From: a virus
Virus record (IMG/VR): IMGVR_UViG_3300033149_003004
Span: 1-64,000 of that record
Length of the DNA: 64,000 nucleotides
Strand: one strand, 5' to 3'
Shown here one piece after another: positions 47,968 through 57,372 of this stretch. How positions within the stretch are numbered: the stretch's first letter is position 1; every line of letters begins with the position of its first letter. The notes beneath the pieces were generated by a model that made no database searches, was not told the origin of the DNA, and was given only the letters and a program-made list of their open reading frames with translations. Position numbers and translations under genes: made by a program.

Positions 47968-48669
47968 ATGAGAAGCAAGCAGTCTCTTATGCGCCGGAGT
48001 GGAATCGCTGTCTATCAAGTGGTAGAGTTGCTGGAGTGGAAACCGACGGTGATCCTTCAAGTTGGTGTCGGTCAGTATGCAAAAGAGATAGATGTGTTCA
48101 CCGAAGCGTGGCCAGAAGCTGACTTGATCGGGTTTGAGCCACACCCGGACATCGTTCGCCGAATCGAGTATCCCGGTCTGATTGTCCGCAAAGCGTTGGG
48201 TCGGTACATCGGTTGGGCAAAGTTGTTCTATGATCCCGCTCATATCGATGGAGGCTCGGTCTATACCGATCCAACAAGCGGTAGATTGCAAGAGATCGAC
48301 GTAGAAATCGATACCTTGGACAACTACTACCATGGAACGAAGTGGTATCGAGAAGATGATCGGGTGTTGCTGTGGCTTGATTGCGAAGGTTCAGAACTAG
48401 ATGTGCTGGTAGGTGGGGAAACAAGCATCGAACAAGTACAAATGATCAATGTGGAACTGACTGGTAAGGTTTCAAGACCTGGCTGGCCAGATCCTATAAT
48501 TGTGAATCGATGGCTACTAGGTCATGGTTTTCTGCTTCAATTCGTTCATACGCAGCGAATAGCTATTGGACAGTACGACGCAATCTATGTACGTCCTGAA
48601 TTGTTCCGGCCCGAGTATTGCTCATGCCCGCTGCAAGTAGAAGCTTGGAGGAAGCGAAGTGAGGCATGA
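47968..48669 (+). CDS. FkbM-family methyltransferase
   Basis: GFEPHP, TLD, LWLDCEGSELDVLVGG. Confidence 0.85.
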   Translation: MRSKQSLMRRSGIAVYQVVELLEWKPTVILQVGVGQYAKEIDVFTEAWPEADLIGFEPHPDIVRRIEYPGLIVRKALGRYIGWAKLFYDPAHIDGGSVYTDPTSGRLQEIDVEIDTLDNYYHGTKWYREDDRVLLWLDCEGSELDVLVGGETSIEQVQMINVELTGKVSRPGWPDPIIVNRWLLGHGFLLQFVHTQRIAIGQYDAIYVRPELFRPEYCSCPLQVEAWRKRSEA

Positions 48670-49567
48670 AGTCATCTATTTGATTTCGGGTATTGCACAT
48701 ATTCCTTATCTCACTGTCTCGCTGATGACGCTCCGCGAGCATTGGCAAGGACCGGTGCGAGTGTTTGCTTGGCCCGAGTCGATTGATCTAGTGCGGGAGA
48801 TTGCCGAGGACGAAGGACTACACATTGAATGTGAATTGAGTGAACCTGCGTATCGAGCAAGGCGTGACGAAGGGAGACAGGGAAAAAACGATCAATTTCT
48901 GGCGAAAATCAGATTGATGCGGTCCCTCGAAAGTGGCGGCCCGGTTCTGTATTTGGATGCAGACACGTCGATTCATGGTGACTTATCACCTCTGTTCGAG
49001 CTTGCTTTGGTCCGTACATTTGTAGCTACGCGATTTTCGTCTTGGACGACAGCCGGCGAAGTGGTGCGAGCCAGAATCGAACGGCTGCGGGACTTTTCTG
49101 CTATAGACCGGAATTGCATCGGGGAAGTGCTACGAGAGCCCTGGCCCAGCGTGAACGGCGGGGTGTTCTGCTGTTCGCCTAGCTCTCATGTGCTTGAAAT
49201 CTGGGAACGGTGGACGTGGGAAGCTCGCCACGTATTCATCGCTGACGAAGCCGTGCTCCATATTCTCCAACCGCTATTCGTACCGTCGGGACAAATGGAG
49301 GTGTGGCCGGACGGTCGGTTCAACTGTTCGTGCAATCCGAAGTGGCTGCCGGAAGGTTTCAGCGAGCAGGACATCATCATATGGCACTATCATGGCGACT
49401 CGAATGTAAGACCACAGAAGCACGATGGATATGGCTATCGGCGATGGTGGTCGCTATGGCAGAAATGTCTAGAAGAGGATGTGGGCAGGTGTCGGAGCTG
49501 GCAACCATGTGAAGCAAATGGATGGCTAGGGAACAAGTGGTTCGCAATTTTGGAAGGGAAGAAGTAA
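48659..49567 (+). CDS. GT8-like glycosyltransferase
   Basis: LYLDADT, NGGVF, DE..L, IWHYHG. Confidence 0.75.
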   Translation: MRHEVIYLISGIAHIPYLTVSLMTLREHWQGPVRVFAWPESIDLVREIAEDEGLHIECELSEPAYRARRDEGRQGKNDQFLAKIRLMRSLESGGPVLYLDADTSIHGDLSPLFELALVRTFVATRFSSWTTAGEVVRARIERLRDFSAIDRNCIGEVLREPWPSVNGGVFCCSPSSHVLEIWERWTWEARHVFIADEAVLHILQPLFVPSGQMEVWPDGRFNCSCNPKWLPEGFSEQDIIIWHYHGDSNVRPQKHDGYGYRRWWSLWQKCLEEDVGRCRSWQPCEANGWLGNKWFAILEGKK

Positions 49568-49568
49568 A

Positions 49569-50204
49569 ATGAGAAGGGGTATTGTGAATCCTATCCATTT
49601 GCTTAGATCACTGTTCCCATGGCCTGCCGAGAAGCCGGACGTACCAGAGAGACATGAGCGATGGTTCAATCAGCAGAAGCAGATCTTGCTTCGCAAAGTG
49701 ATCCCCCATGACGTGGGTCTCGTAGTCGAGCTAGGCTCCTGGCTTGGAGATTCGACCCGTTGGTTTTGCGAATGGTGTCCAGAGGCGACGGTAATCGCTG
49801 TGGATACATGGTTCGGATCTGTCGAACATCTGCTGAGGCGGAGATCTGTCCTTCCCATGCTCTACGATACGTTCCTCGCTAATTGTTGGGAGTATCGAAA
49901 TCGATTGATCCCGTTTCGCAATACATCGCTGGCGGCTCTGAACTTTTTGTACCGGTTAGAGCTGGAGCCAGACATGATATACTTCGATTCCGATCACAGT
50001 TTCTGGGGACTGCTGGCCGAGCTAGAAACATCACATGCCTTGTTCCCACGTTGCATCTTCGTCGGGGATGATTACGGTGACCCGACAATAGGCAATGCCT
50101 TGAAGACGTTCGTCGAATACCAACAACCCTCCAAAGGAATATCAGTACAGAGAAGATTCAAGGTCAACAACATCGGCAACACTTGGCACATTGTGAAAGA
50201 ATGA
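49569..50204 (+). CDS. Class I SAM methyltransferase (Methyltransf_24-like)
   Basis: VELGSWLGDS, AVDTW.GS.EH, YFDSDH, GDDY. Confidence 0.85.
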   Translation: MRRGIVNPIHLLRSLFPWPAEKPDVPERHERWFNQQKQILLRKVIPHDVGLVVELGSWLGDSTRWFCEWCPEATVIAVDTWFGSVEHLLRRRSVLPMLYDTFLANCWEYRNRLIPFRNTSLAALNFLYRLELEPDMIYFDSDHSFWGLLAELETSHALFPRCIFVGDDYGDPTIGNALKTFVEYQQPSKGISVQRRFKVNNIGNTWHIVKE

Positions 50205-50214
50205 AAGAGGTGGA

Positions 50215-50760
50215 ATGAGAAAACATGAGCGTTCCCTGATTCGGATAATGCGAGAGCAATTGAATTGCCCCAGGTTCGGTGTCGAGATCGGTGTTTGGAA
50301 GGGAGAATTGTCGGCTCAGCTTCTCCGGGTGTTTCCTGATCTCACGCTCGTTATGGTCGATCTTTGGGCTGTGCCTAAGGGACGGTCCTCGATGCAAGCG
50401 AAAGACAATACGGATGAGGCCATGCGAAAAGCTATGCAGGAAGCAGAAGAGAATACACGATTTGCTCAAGATCGACGATCGTTAATCCAAAACGACAGTA
50501 TACGTGAAGCGAAGCAATGGCCTGACGATACATTCGATGTAGGTTTTCTCGATGCTGAGCATTTCGAGACGAAGCGGGACATTGTAGCTTGGTGGCCCAA
50601 GATTCAACAAGGGGGCATTCTTGCGGGACACGACTACAACGGCATGGGTGATCGCCGGAAGGGGTGGGGAGTGAAGCGGGACGTGGATGAATTTTTTAGC
50701 CGACTTGGACTGGACGTATATGTGGAGCCTGGTCTGGTTTGGTGGGCGAAGAAACCATGA
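50215..50760 (+). CDS. Class I SAM methyltransferase (Methyltransf_24-like)
   Basis: VEIGVWKG, FLDAEH, GGILAGHDY. Confidence 0.85.
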   Translation: MRKHERSLIRIMREQLNCPRFGVEIGVWKGELSAQLLRVFPDLTLVMVDLWAVPKGRSSMQAKDNTDEAMRKAMQEAEENTRFAQDRRSLIQNDSIREAKQWPDDTFDVGFLDAEHFETKRDIVAWWPKIQQGGILAGHDYNGMGDRRKGWGVKRDVDEFFSRLGLDVYVEPGLVWWAKKP

Positions 50761-51383
50761 GCGATACAGGTGAATATTCGGAATCGTTTCAGCGACGGAA
50801 GAAGATTGAGCACGAAAGTAAACCTCCTCACGAGGGCACATTAGCGCTCATCCGTGCTATCTCAGCAGTCGTTCCGAAGAGCGACTCGATAATAGACCTG
50901 GGAGCCGGGACAGGACGCCATGTGAGGATGCTGCGGGAAGAAGGATACAATTGCATAGGAGTCGATGGCACGCCTAGGATATCAGATATCACGGACGGTT
51001 TGGTGATAGAGCGTAATCTTTTGGAATCTCCACTGAGGAGCCCATTGCTTCATCCTCTCGGTGATTCTGATTTCCTGTGCATCTGGGATTGGGGACTTTT
51101 CTACGATGTGGGCGAGCACGTGCCAAGGAAGCACGAGCAGAAGTTGATCGATAACATCTGCAAGATTCCACGCAAAGGATTGATCGTGTCGTGGGGATAT
51201 CCCGGCGAGCGGGGTAGAGGCCATGTTAACTGCCGTACACAAGTCTACATAGCGTGCGAATTCGCCAAGCGGGGCTTCTGGCCCGACGATAGGTTGACGA
51301 CGGTAGCACGTGATGCCTCCAGTTTCTGGACTAAGCACCACATTCGACTGTTCGTAGCGAAGAGGATGGAGAAATCTATCTGA
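50757..51383 (+). CDS. Class I SAM methyltransferase
   Basis: IDLGAGTG, GVDG, VGEHVP, GRGHVNC. Confidence 0.85.
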   Translation: MSDTGEYSESFQRRKKIEHESKPPHEGTLALIRAISAVVPKSDSIIDLGAGTGRHVRMLREEGYNCIGVDGTPRISDITDGLVIERNLLESPLRSPLLHPLGDSDFLCIWDWGLFYDVGEHVPRKHEQKLIDNICKIPRKGLIVSWGYPGERGRGHVNCRTQVYIACEFAKRGFWPDDRLTTVARDASSFWTKHHIRLFVAKRMEKSI

Positions 51384-51393
51384 GATTAGAGGA

Positions 51394-52050
51394 ATGAAGC
51401 AGATCAAGTTCTCGTCCTACGAGCAGTATCTCCATGCTCAACGACTGACCGTGATGAAACGCGGCTTCGGTCCATACTTTTGTGACATGGAAATGATCCG
51501 CATTGCTGAATGGTGTAGACGAAACGGGCTACAGGTCCGCTATGGTATCTGCCATGGAGCGAGGAATGGACTGGAGTGTGATGAGCTGATGCGGCATCTA
51601 CCGATGTCCGAAATCATCGGTACAGACATCGCTCCATATAGCGGCAAGAGCAAGCAGATGGCAGGTCAAGCCAAAGTAATAGAGTGGGATTTCAACAAGC
51701 AGAGGAAAGAGTGGATTGGTCGTTTCGACCTAGTCTATACGAACAGTCTTGATCACTCAAACGATCCTCCGACTACGCTATCGGTCTGGTTAGAGCAGCT
51801 AGTATGGAACGGGGCTTTGTTTGTGCAATGGAATCGATCTAATCTCAATGTGAAGGGAGGAGATTGCTTCGGTGCCGATCTACTGGAGATGATCGACCTG
51901 TTAAACTCTACCGGTCGCTTAGTCGACATGATCTATGTGAAGACAGACTGGCAGAAGGGAAGCATGTTCCGGAGGCATGGACTAGAGTGTGTCATCTACG
52001 TAGTCAGGAAGAAACAGCCATCTCGGTCAGGAGAAATGACATGCCCTTGA
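51394..52050 (+). CDS. Methyltransferase-like protein
   Basis: CHGARNG.E, GTDI, WDF, FDLVYTNSLDHS. Confidence 0.7.
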   Translation: MKQIKFSSYEQYLHAQRLTVMKRGFGPYFCDMEMIRIAEWCRRNGLQVRYGICHGARNGLECDELMRHLPMSEIIGTDIAPYSGKSKQMAGQAKVIEWDFNKQRKEWIGRFDLVYTNSLDHSNDPPTTLSVWLEQLVWNGALFVQWNRSNLNVKGGDCFGADLLEMIDLLNSTGRLVDMIYVKTDWQKGSMFRRHGLECVIYVVRKKQPSRSGEMTCP

Positions 52051-52625
52051 TCTTGCCAGGGATGTTTGAATTCGCCGCTCCGCCTAGAACTGGCGTCCGC
52101 TGGTTTGTCGAAGCTTGTCACACCGCCGGCTTGGTGTCACTTCCATCTACTGCTTCTGTCACAGCGTCTTACCGTCCGTGGCCGATCACTGCCTCTGCCG
52201 ATTCGTTGCGAGTGTCGTTAGTTCGCCATCCGTGTCATTGGTTCCGCAGTCTCTATGATTCGCTTCGCTTCGGCTTGCATTTGGAATGCGTTGCTCTGGA
52301 ACAGTTGCGAGAGCAGTTCGTAGGGCTGAGGAAGGAATCGTTCGAGTCTTTCGCTCTGGACTATCTCGAAAAGATGCCGGGAAAGATCACTTCCGTTTTC
52401 GACTCTTACAAATCCGATATACGCATCAAGTTAGAAGACATGCCTTGGGCACTGGCTGAGCTTCTCAATTCGCTTGACGCTAAGAAAAGAGAGCTACACA
52501 AGGTCTTTTCGTTGCCGTCAATAGGACGACTTCCGAGCATGTGCAAATCAAAGTGGAAGGCCCCTCTATTTGACCAAATGATCGAAGCAGAGAAGCAATT
52601 TTGCGAAGATTTGGACTACTACTGA
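52041..52625 (+). CDS. Degenerate sulfotransferase-fold protein
   Basis: PPRTG loop, LVRHP..WF.SLY. Confidence 0.55.
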   Translation: MPLILPGMFEFAAPPRTGVRWFVEACHTAGLVSLPSTASVTASYRPWPITASADSLRVSLVRHPCHWFRSLYDSLRFGLHLECVALEQLREQFVGLRKESFESFALDYLEKMPGKITSVFDSYKSDIRIKLEDMPWALAELLNSLDAKKRELHKVFSLPSIGRLPSMCKSKWKAPLFDQMIEAEKQFCEDLDYY

Positions 52626-52638
52626 GCAGGATCATAGC

Positions 52639-53379
52639 ATGGCCAAATCGATTTGGAAGTCTAAGAGGAGCAAAAGCCTAATCGTTATCCCGGCTCGGAT
52701 GGTAAGCACCCGCTTGTTCGGGAAACCGATGTTGACAGTCGCTGGAAAACCGCTGGTCCAATGGACCTACGAGCGGGCCAAGCAGACTGATGCTGATTAC
52801 GTGATGGTGGCCACACCGGATCGGGAAGTGGCTCAATATTGTCAGAACAACGGACTTGTCTGGATGCTCACGGGACCAGATCATCCGAATGGCACCTCCA
52901 GGGTAGCCGAGGTGTTCGGCAAACTCCACCCCGAGGACAAGAGGCAGATATGCACGATAGTGAATTGGCAAGTGGACGAGCCGGTGGTATCGCCCACTGC
53001 TGTCAACATGCTATTGCCTCTGCATGTCAGAGCCGTATCGACATTGGTTTGCCCAATATGCGAATCGCCAAGAGATCCAAATCGAGTGAAGGTCGTGTAC
53101 TCACAAGATAGATGCCATTGGTTTTCACGTGCTCCGATGGCAGGAGCAGGCAGTCACATTGGCATCTATGCGTTCTGCCCGTTTCTGCTGCAGATGATTT
53201 CGCTGTTAAGACCGTCGCGGCTCGCCAAGCTGGAATCTTTGGAGCAGTTGACGTGGATTGAGAACGGGGTCATGATAAGACCCGTCGAAATCGATACTGA
53301 GCCATTGTCGATAAATGATGATACGAGTTGGCAAGCATTCAGAGAACTGAAGGAAGGAGGGAATGCCAGTGGCGATTAA
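52639..53379 (+). CDS. kdsB: CMP-Kdo synthetase-like cytidylyltransferase
   Basis: VIPARMVSTRLFGKPM, H.NGTSRVAE, VNWQVDEP, FSRAP, HIGIYAF, ESLEQL. Confidence 0.85.
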   Translation: MAKSIWKSKRSKSLIVIPARMVSTRLFGKPMLTVAGKPLVQWTYERAKQTDADYVMVATPDREVAQYCQNNGLVWMLTGPDHPNGTSRVAEVFGKLHPEDKRQICTIVNWQVDEPVVSPTAVNMLLPLHVRAVSTLVCPICESPRDPNRVKVVYSQDRCHWFSRAPMAGAGSHIGIYAFCPFLLQMISLLRPSRLAKLESLEQLTWIENGVMIRPVEIDTEPLSINDDTSWQAFRELKEGGNASGD

Positions 53380-54208
53380 GCCGAAGACAAAGGGACAAGC
53401 AAAGCAGACGGGACGGCTTCCCTTAATCGAAATCATTTCGCATTGTTACGCCGCGGAGCTTCCACAGTACGCCACGTTCCTGGCATATCAAGCAAGCAGT
53501 TTGGTGATACACAAGCCGAAGAATTGCGACGTTTGTCTGTCTGTCTGCGTCTGGAGCGAGAAGGAAGATTCGAATAATCCGACGATCCCGTGGAGTATTG
53601 CCGATGCGAACGTTGCTGAGGTAATGCTTTGGGTGAAGCAGACATTGATTAGGTATGGTATTGATTGGTCGATCTGCCACCTAACAAAGAGGGAGATCGG
53701 CAGACGCAGCATCGGGCGAAATCATTTAGCACTGGCTAGCGAGGCAGATATCGTGTGGTTTGCGGATGTAGACCAAGTGTTTCGAGACGGCATACTAGAT
53801 CGGCTCGCCGCGATGGAGTGGCCAGAGGGAGCAACGATGCTTTATCCCAGAGAGATCATGATTCACCAAGATTGGAAAACAGGGGACGCTTTAGTGCGAA
53901 ACGTACCGATCGAAGCATTGTTTGCTTATGGCCCGTTTGACATCGATCCATCCGGATTTGTGCCGAAACGATATCGCAAGGCGATCGGTGGTGTACAGAT
54001 CGTCCGCGGAGACTTCGCCCGAGAGCACGGTTATCTGAATGGGGTGGAGAAGTGGCAGCAACCCACCGATCGACCATTCGGAGACTTTCGTGATGACGTA
54101 GCATACAGAAGATATTGCGAGCAGCGCGGCTCAATCATGGGAGTAGACCTGGTTGGGATGTACAGGCTGAGACATACGAGGACGACTTATCAAGAGGTCA
54201 GGGTGTGA
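53363..54208 (+). CDS. GT2-like glycosyltransferase
   Basis: GRNHLA...DIVWFADVD, GG.QIV, DD..Y. Confidence 0.65.
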   Translation: MPVAIKPKTKGQAKQTGRLPLIEIISHCYAAELPQYATFLAYQASSLVIHKPKNCDVCLSVCVWSEKEDSNNPTIPWSIADANVAEVMLWVKQTLIRYGIDWSICHLTKREIGRRSIGRNHLALASEADIVWFADVDQVFRDGILDRLAAMEWPEGATMLYPREIMIHQDWKTGDALVRNVPIEALFAYGPFDIDPSGFVPKRYRKAIGGVQIVRGDFAREHGYLNGVEKWQQPTDRPFGDFRDDVAYRRYCEQRGSIMGVDLVGMYRLRHTRTTYQEVRV

Positions 54209-54216
54209 ATAGAAAG

Positions 54217-54414
54217 ATGATGGAACTGCTATTTCAGTACCGCTGCCGGCGCTGCGGATCACTCGACGAAGTTCGGCGTGATTCGAGTTATCTCATCACT
54301 GATGATGGGGTAGATACCCCTATAGTGCAATCACCCCGTTGGCACCAGTGCATCGATGGGGGTACGGGTGTAGCTGAGTTCATCGGTTTTCGGCCGGCGG
54401 GCGAGGCGGGTTAG
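54217..54414 (+). CDS. Small Zn-ribbon protein
   Basis: YRCRRCG...HQC.DG..GVA..IG. Confidence 0.55.
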   Translation: MMELLFQYRCRRCGSLDEVRRDSSYLITDDGVDTPIVQSPRWHQCIDGGTGVAEFIGFRPAGEAG

Positions 54415-54607
54415 GCTACTACGGATGCCATGTGTAGTAGTAGCCAGTCTATGTTTGGAACCCCCTAGTAGGGGGAGTTCTGGGGATTTCTGCTGCCCAC
54501 CCCCCCCCCACCAGGTTGTCCCGCTAGGGGCTTTGCCTGGAGGTCTTGGCGTAGACCCCCTTCTGGGGAAAATTTTCGAGAAAATGCCCGTGCCACCTAT
54601 TTTCCTA

Positions 54608-54635
54608 TTGACCTATGTTTCTTAGTACATATAAT
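54608..54635 (+). promoter_or_regulatory. Sigma70-like promoter
   Basis: TTGACC-16 nt-TATAAT ahead of the small-gene cluster. Confidence 0.65.
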
Positions 54636-54687
54636 AATAGTAGAGGCAAGGGAAAAGGGGCACAACACTTACACAGGAGACTGGGAC

Positions 54688-54885
54688 ATGAAGACGAAGA
54701 GAACAGCACGAGCCGAGGTCAAATGCGAGTCCGGTCTGCCCCAGGCCCGGTATCTCGGCTGGGATGAGAGCGAGCAAGCCTGGCGATTCCTCGAACTCGA
54801 AACAGGCGAAGTGTTCTTCGTGGACATCTTCGCTGTCACGCCGGGCCACTACGAGATCGCGGGCAAGGTCTACCGCAGGGGCTAG
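54688..54885 (+). CDS. Small hypothetical protein (early-type)
   Basis: CAGGAGACTG leader. Confidence 0.7.
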   Translation: MKTKRTARAEVKCESGLPQARYLGWDESEQAWRFLELETGEVFFVDIFAVTPGHYEIAGKVYRRG

Positions 54886-54947
54886 CAGATAGTAATAGTA
54901 GAGGTGAGGGAAAAAGGGGCACAACACCTACCACAGGAGACTGAGAG

Positions 54948-55244
54948 ATGAAGACGAAACGAACAGCACAAGTTGAGGTGAGGGGTCAGCACAGCCGGGG
55001 TGCTAATGCTCAGGGGTTTGGCGGGCCCGACACCTACGTGGCGGTCCAGGTGGTGCCGGAGGGAGTCGAGCCTCTCCGTCGCCTTGACCGCAAGGCGGCT
55101 GCCCGTCGCGGCATCGAACTCATCTACGTGGGTGAGGGATATGATGAGCACCGTGGGCCGCGGAGCTCGCTGGGGAGGGCAATCCGCAAGGCCACGGAGA
55201 TTGCGGACCGGATCAACGGGAGAGTGGGAGGCTGGCCCATCTGA
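54948..55244 (+). CDS. Hypothetical protein, paralog A
   Basis: Near-identical core to 55306-55668. Confidence 0.75.
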   Translation: MKTKRTAQVEVRGQHSRGANAQGFGGPDTYVAVQVVPEGVEPLRRLDRKAAARRGIELIYVGEGYDEHRGPRSSLGRAIRKATEIADRINGRVGGWPI

Positions 55245-55305
55245 TGCTTCCTCAGGCGCACGGAAGCGCCTGAGGATCCTAACACTTACCACAGGAGACT
55301 GAGAG

Positions 55306-55668
55306 ATGAAGCCGAAAAGAACAGCACGAGTCGAGGTGAGAAGCAAGCACAGCCGAGGTGTTGGTCCTCGGAGATTTGGCGGGCCCGACACCTACGTGGC
55401 GGTCCAGGTGGTGCCGGAGAGGGTTGAGCCTCTCCGTCGCCTCGACCGCAAGGCGGCTGCCCGTCGTGGGATCGAACTTATCTACGTGGGTGAGGGATAC
55501 GCGAAGCACTTTGGCCCCCGCAGCACGTTGGGGGAGGCAATCCGCAAGGCCACGGAGATTGTGGATCGGATCAACGCGGAAGAGGGAACTGGAGAGACTA
55601 AGTCAGTCCACTGGGGCATCCAGTCCGCGAAGCTGTGGAGATTGCGGTTCGGACTAGCGAAGAGGTAG
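55306..55668 (+). CDS. Hypothetical protein, paralog B
   Basis: Shares FGGPDTYVAVQVVP...IELIYVGEGY. Confidence 0.75.
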   Translation: MKPKRTARVEVRSKHSRGVGPRRFGGPDTYVAVQVVPERVEPLRRLDRKAAARRGIELIYVGEGYAKHFGPRSTLGEAIRKATEIVDRINAEEGTGETKSVHWGIQSAKLWRLRFGLAKR

Positions 55669-55745
55669 AGGCCGAATCATTCGTTGCTTCCTCAGGTGCA
55701 CGGAAGCGCCTGAGGAGCATAGCACTTACTACAGGAGACTGAGAA

Positions 55746-56168
55746 ATGAATCAGCACACAACTCAAGACGAACAGGCAAACGTCGTTAGCAAGCTAATTG
55801 ACGACGCCGCGGAAATCGCTGCCTCAGCGTGGGGTCCAATCGTAGCAGCTATCGCGAGATCCACTGCCGCTTCGGTGGAGCAGGCGCAGCAAGCCGCTCG
55901 ATCCGCCAGTGAGGCGGTCGATGGAGCTGAGGACGTACACGCATTGGCTACTTCGACCGCGACGGTCGCAGAAGTGGCTGTCGCAGCGTGGGAATCGGCC
56001 ATGCTGGCTGCCGCGGCGTCCACTGCCGCTTCCAAGGCCGCTGAAGCGGCGCTAGAAGCAGCGAGAGCGGCACAGGAGGCCGCTGACCTGGCCAAAGCCG
56101 CTGATTTGGCCAAAGCCGCTGACTTGGCCGAAGCCATTGATAGCATAACACTTACTACAGGAGACTGA
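55746..56168 (+). CDS. Ala-rich helical protein
   Basis: Repeated leader; AADLA(K/E) x3. Confidence 0.65.
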   Translation: MNQHTTQDEQANVVSKLIDDAAEIAASAWGPIVAAIARSTAASVEQAQQAARSASEAVDGAEDVHALATSTATVAEVAVAAWESAMLAAAASTAASKAAEAALEAARAAQEAADLAKAADLAKAADLAEAIDSITLTTGD

Positions 56169-56250
56169 GAGATGGAGACGAACCAGCAGAACGATTTGGG
56201 CGTTGGCGACGACTTGGAGATTTTTGTGGTCAAGCAAAGGAGACTCGACA

Positions 56251-56697
56251 ATGGTAGACTATCGTATTGAGCTGCCTGGCGATGCAGAGGAATCACTCCG
56301 TCGGCGTTGGTCCGCCGATGATGAGCATGTGTCTCGCGTTACCACCTCTTTCGGCGACCGAGAAGTGGTCAACGATACGGCGTGCTCTTTCTGCCGAGCC
56401 TATTACTGCTACACCACTGGCGAATTCAGTAAGCCTCGGCCTCATTGCCCGTTTGCCGAATGGGCACTACGAGAGGGCATATACTCCGCGTGTGCCTGTC
56501 TTGTGTGGCTTGATGGCGTGATGCCGCCTCGACTGTACAAGCTCTTGGAGATTGACGCAGGGAGTATCAGATGGTCTGCGGCACATCACAGTAAGGTCAA
56601 AATTCTTATGCGGAAGTTCCGCGAGCAGGCAGCTGATTTGATCACGTGGGTCAGAGCCGAAGCCGATCTTGCTCCGGTACCCCAGGGCCGATCATAA
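56251..56697 (+). CDS. Hypothetical Cys-containing protein
   Basis: AAGGAGACTCGACAATG leader. Confidence 0.6.
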   Translation: MVDYRIELPGDAEESLRRRWSADDEHVSRVTTSFGDREVVNDTACSFCRAYYCYTTGEFSKPRPHCPFAEWALREGIYSACACLVWLDGVMPPRLYKLLEIDAGSIRWSAAHHSKVKILMRKFREQAADLITWVRAEADLAPVPQGRS

Positions 56698-56848
56698 CGC
56701 TGGGGGCGAGGCAGGCGACCTCGACACAGAAAAGGATCCCACGTCCGCCGGGGGACGGCAAACAAGCCCGGAGGATTTATCCATGTGTTGAGCAGGGAAT
56801 AGGCATAGGTGAATTATCCCCTTCTCGTAATCGAAAGGAGAGTGAGTC

Positions 56849-57241
56849 ATGGCGAAGAAGAGTCAAAGCAACAGCATGGTCGTTGAACAGGCGGCCGAGC
56901 CCGAGAAGCCAAGGAAGAGGGCACAAGAGCCACTCGATCCAGCTACGCTGAAGCCCGACGCTGCCAAGCATTTGGCCAAGGGTGAGGATGCGAGGGCGAA
57001 ATTGCATGTGGCGGCCGAAGCCGTCGAGTTGCTGGGCTTGGGCGGGACAGCCAAGCAGTTATGGGAGATCGCGACGAAGGCGTATCGAGCGGCTGAGCGG
57101 GAAGCCCGGAGAATCCAGAAGGCCTCCAAAAAGGCTGAGCGGAAAGCGAAGATGCGAGAGAAGAAGCTGGCCCGCATCGCCAAGCTTCGGGAGATGCTCG
57201 AGCGGTTGGAGGCTGAGGACGAAGCCAAACACGAAGCGTGA
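56849..57241 (+). CDS. Basic coiled-coil protein
   Basis: AAGGAG RBS, K/R/A/E-rich. Confidence 0.65.
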   Translation: MAKKSQSNSMVVEQAAEPEKPRKRAQEPLDPATLKPDAAKHLAKGEDARAKLHVAAEAVELLGLGGTAKQLWEIATKAYRAAEREARRIQKASKKAERKAKMREKKLARIAKLREMLERLEAEDEAKHEA

Positions 57242-57372
57242 CGTAATGGCGAGAAGATCAAGCAGCCCCGTCGGTAGAACGCCGAACCAGAAATTAAGGA
57301 ACGGTAGAAACTCTGGTCCGGACCGCCGGGGCTGTTTGGTTATAACTGTTTTTCTAAGAGGAGACTTGAGAC

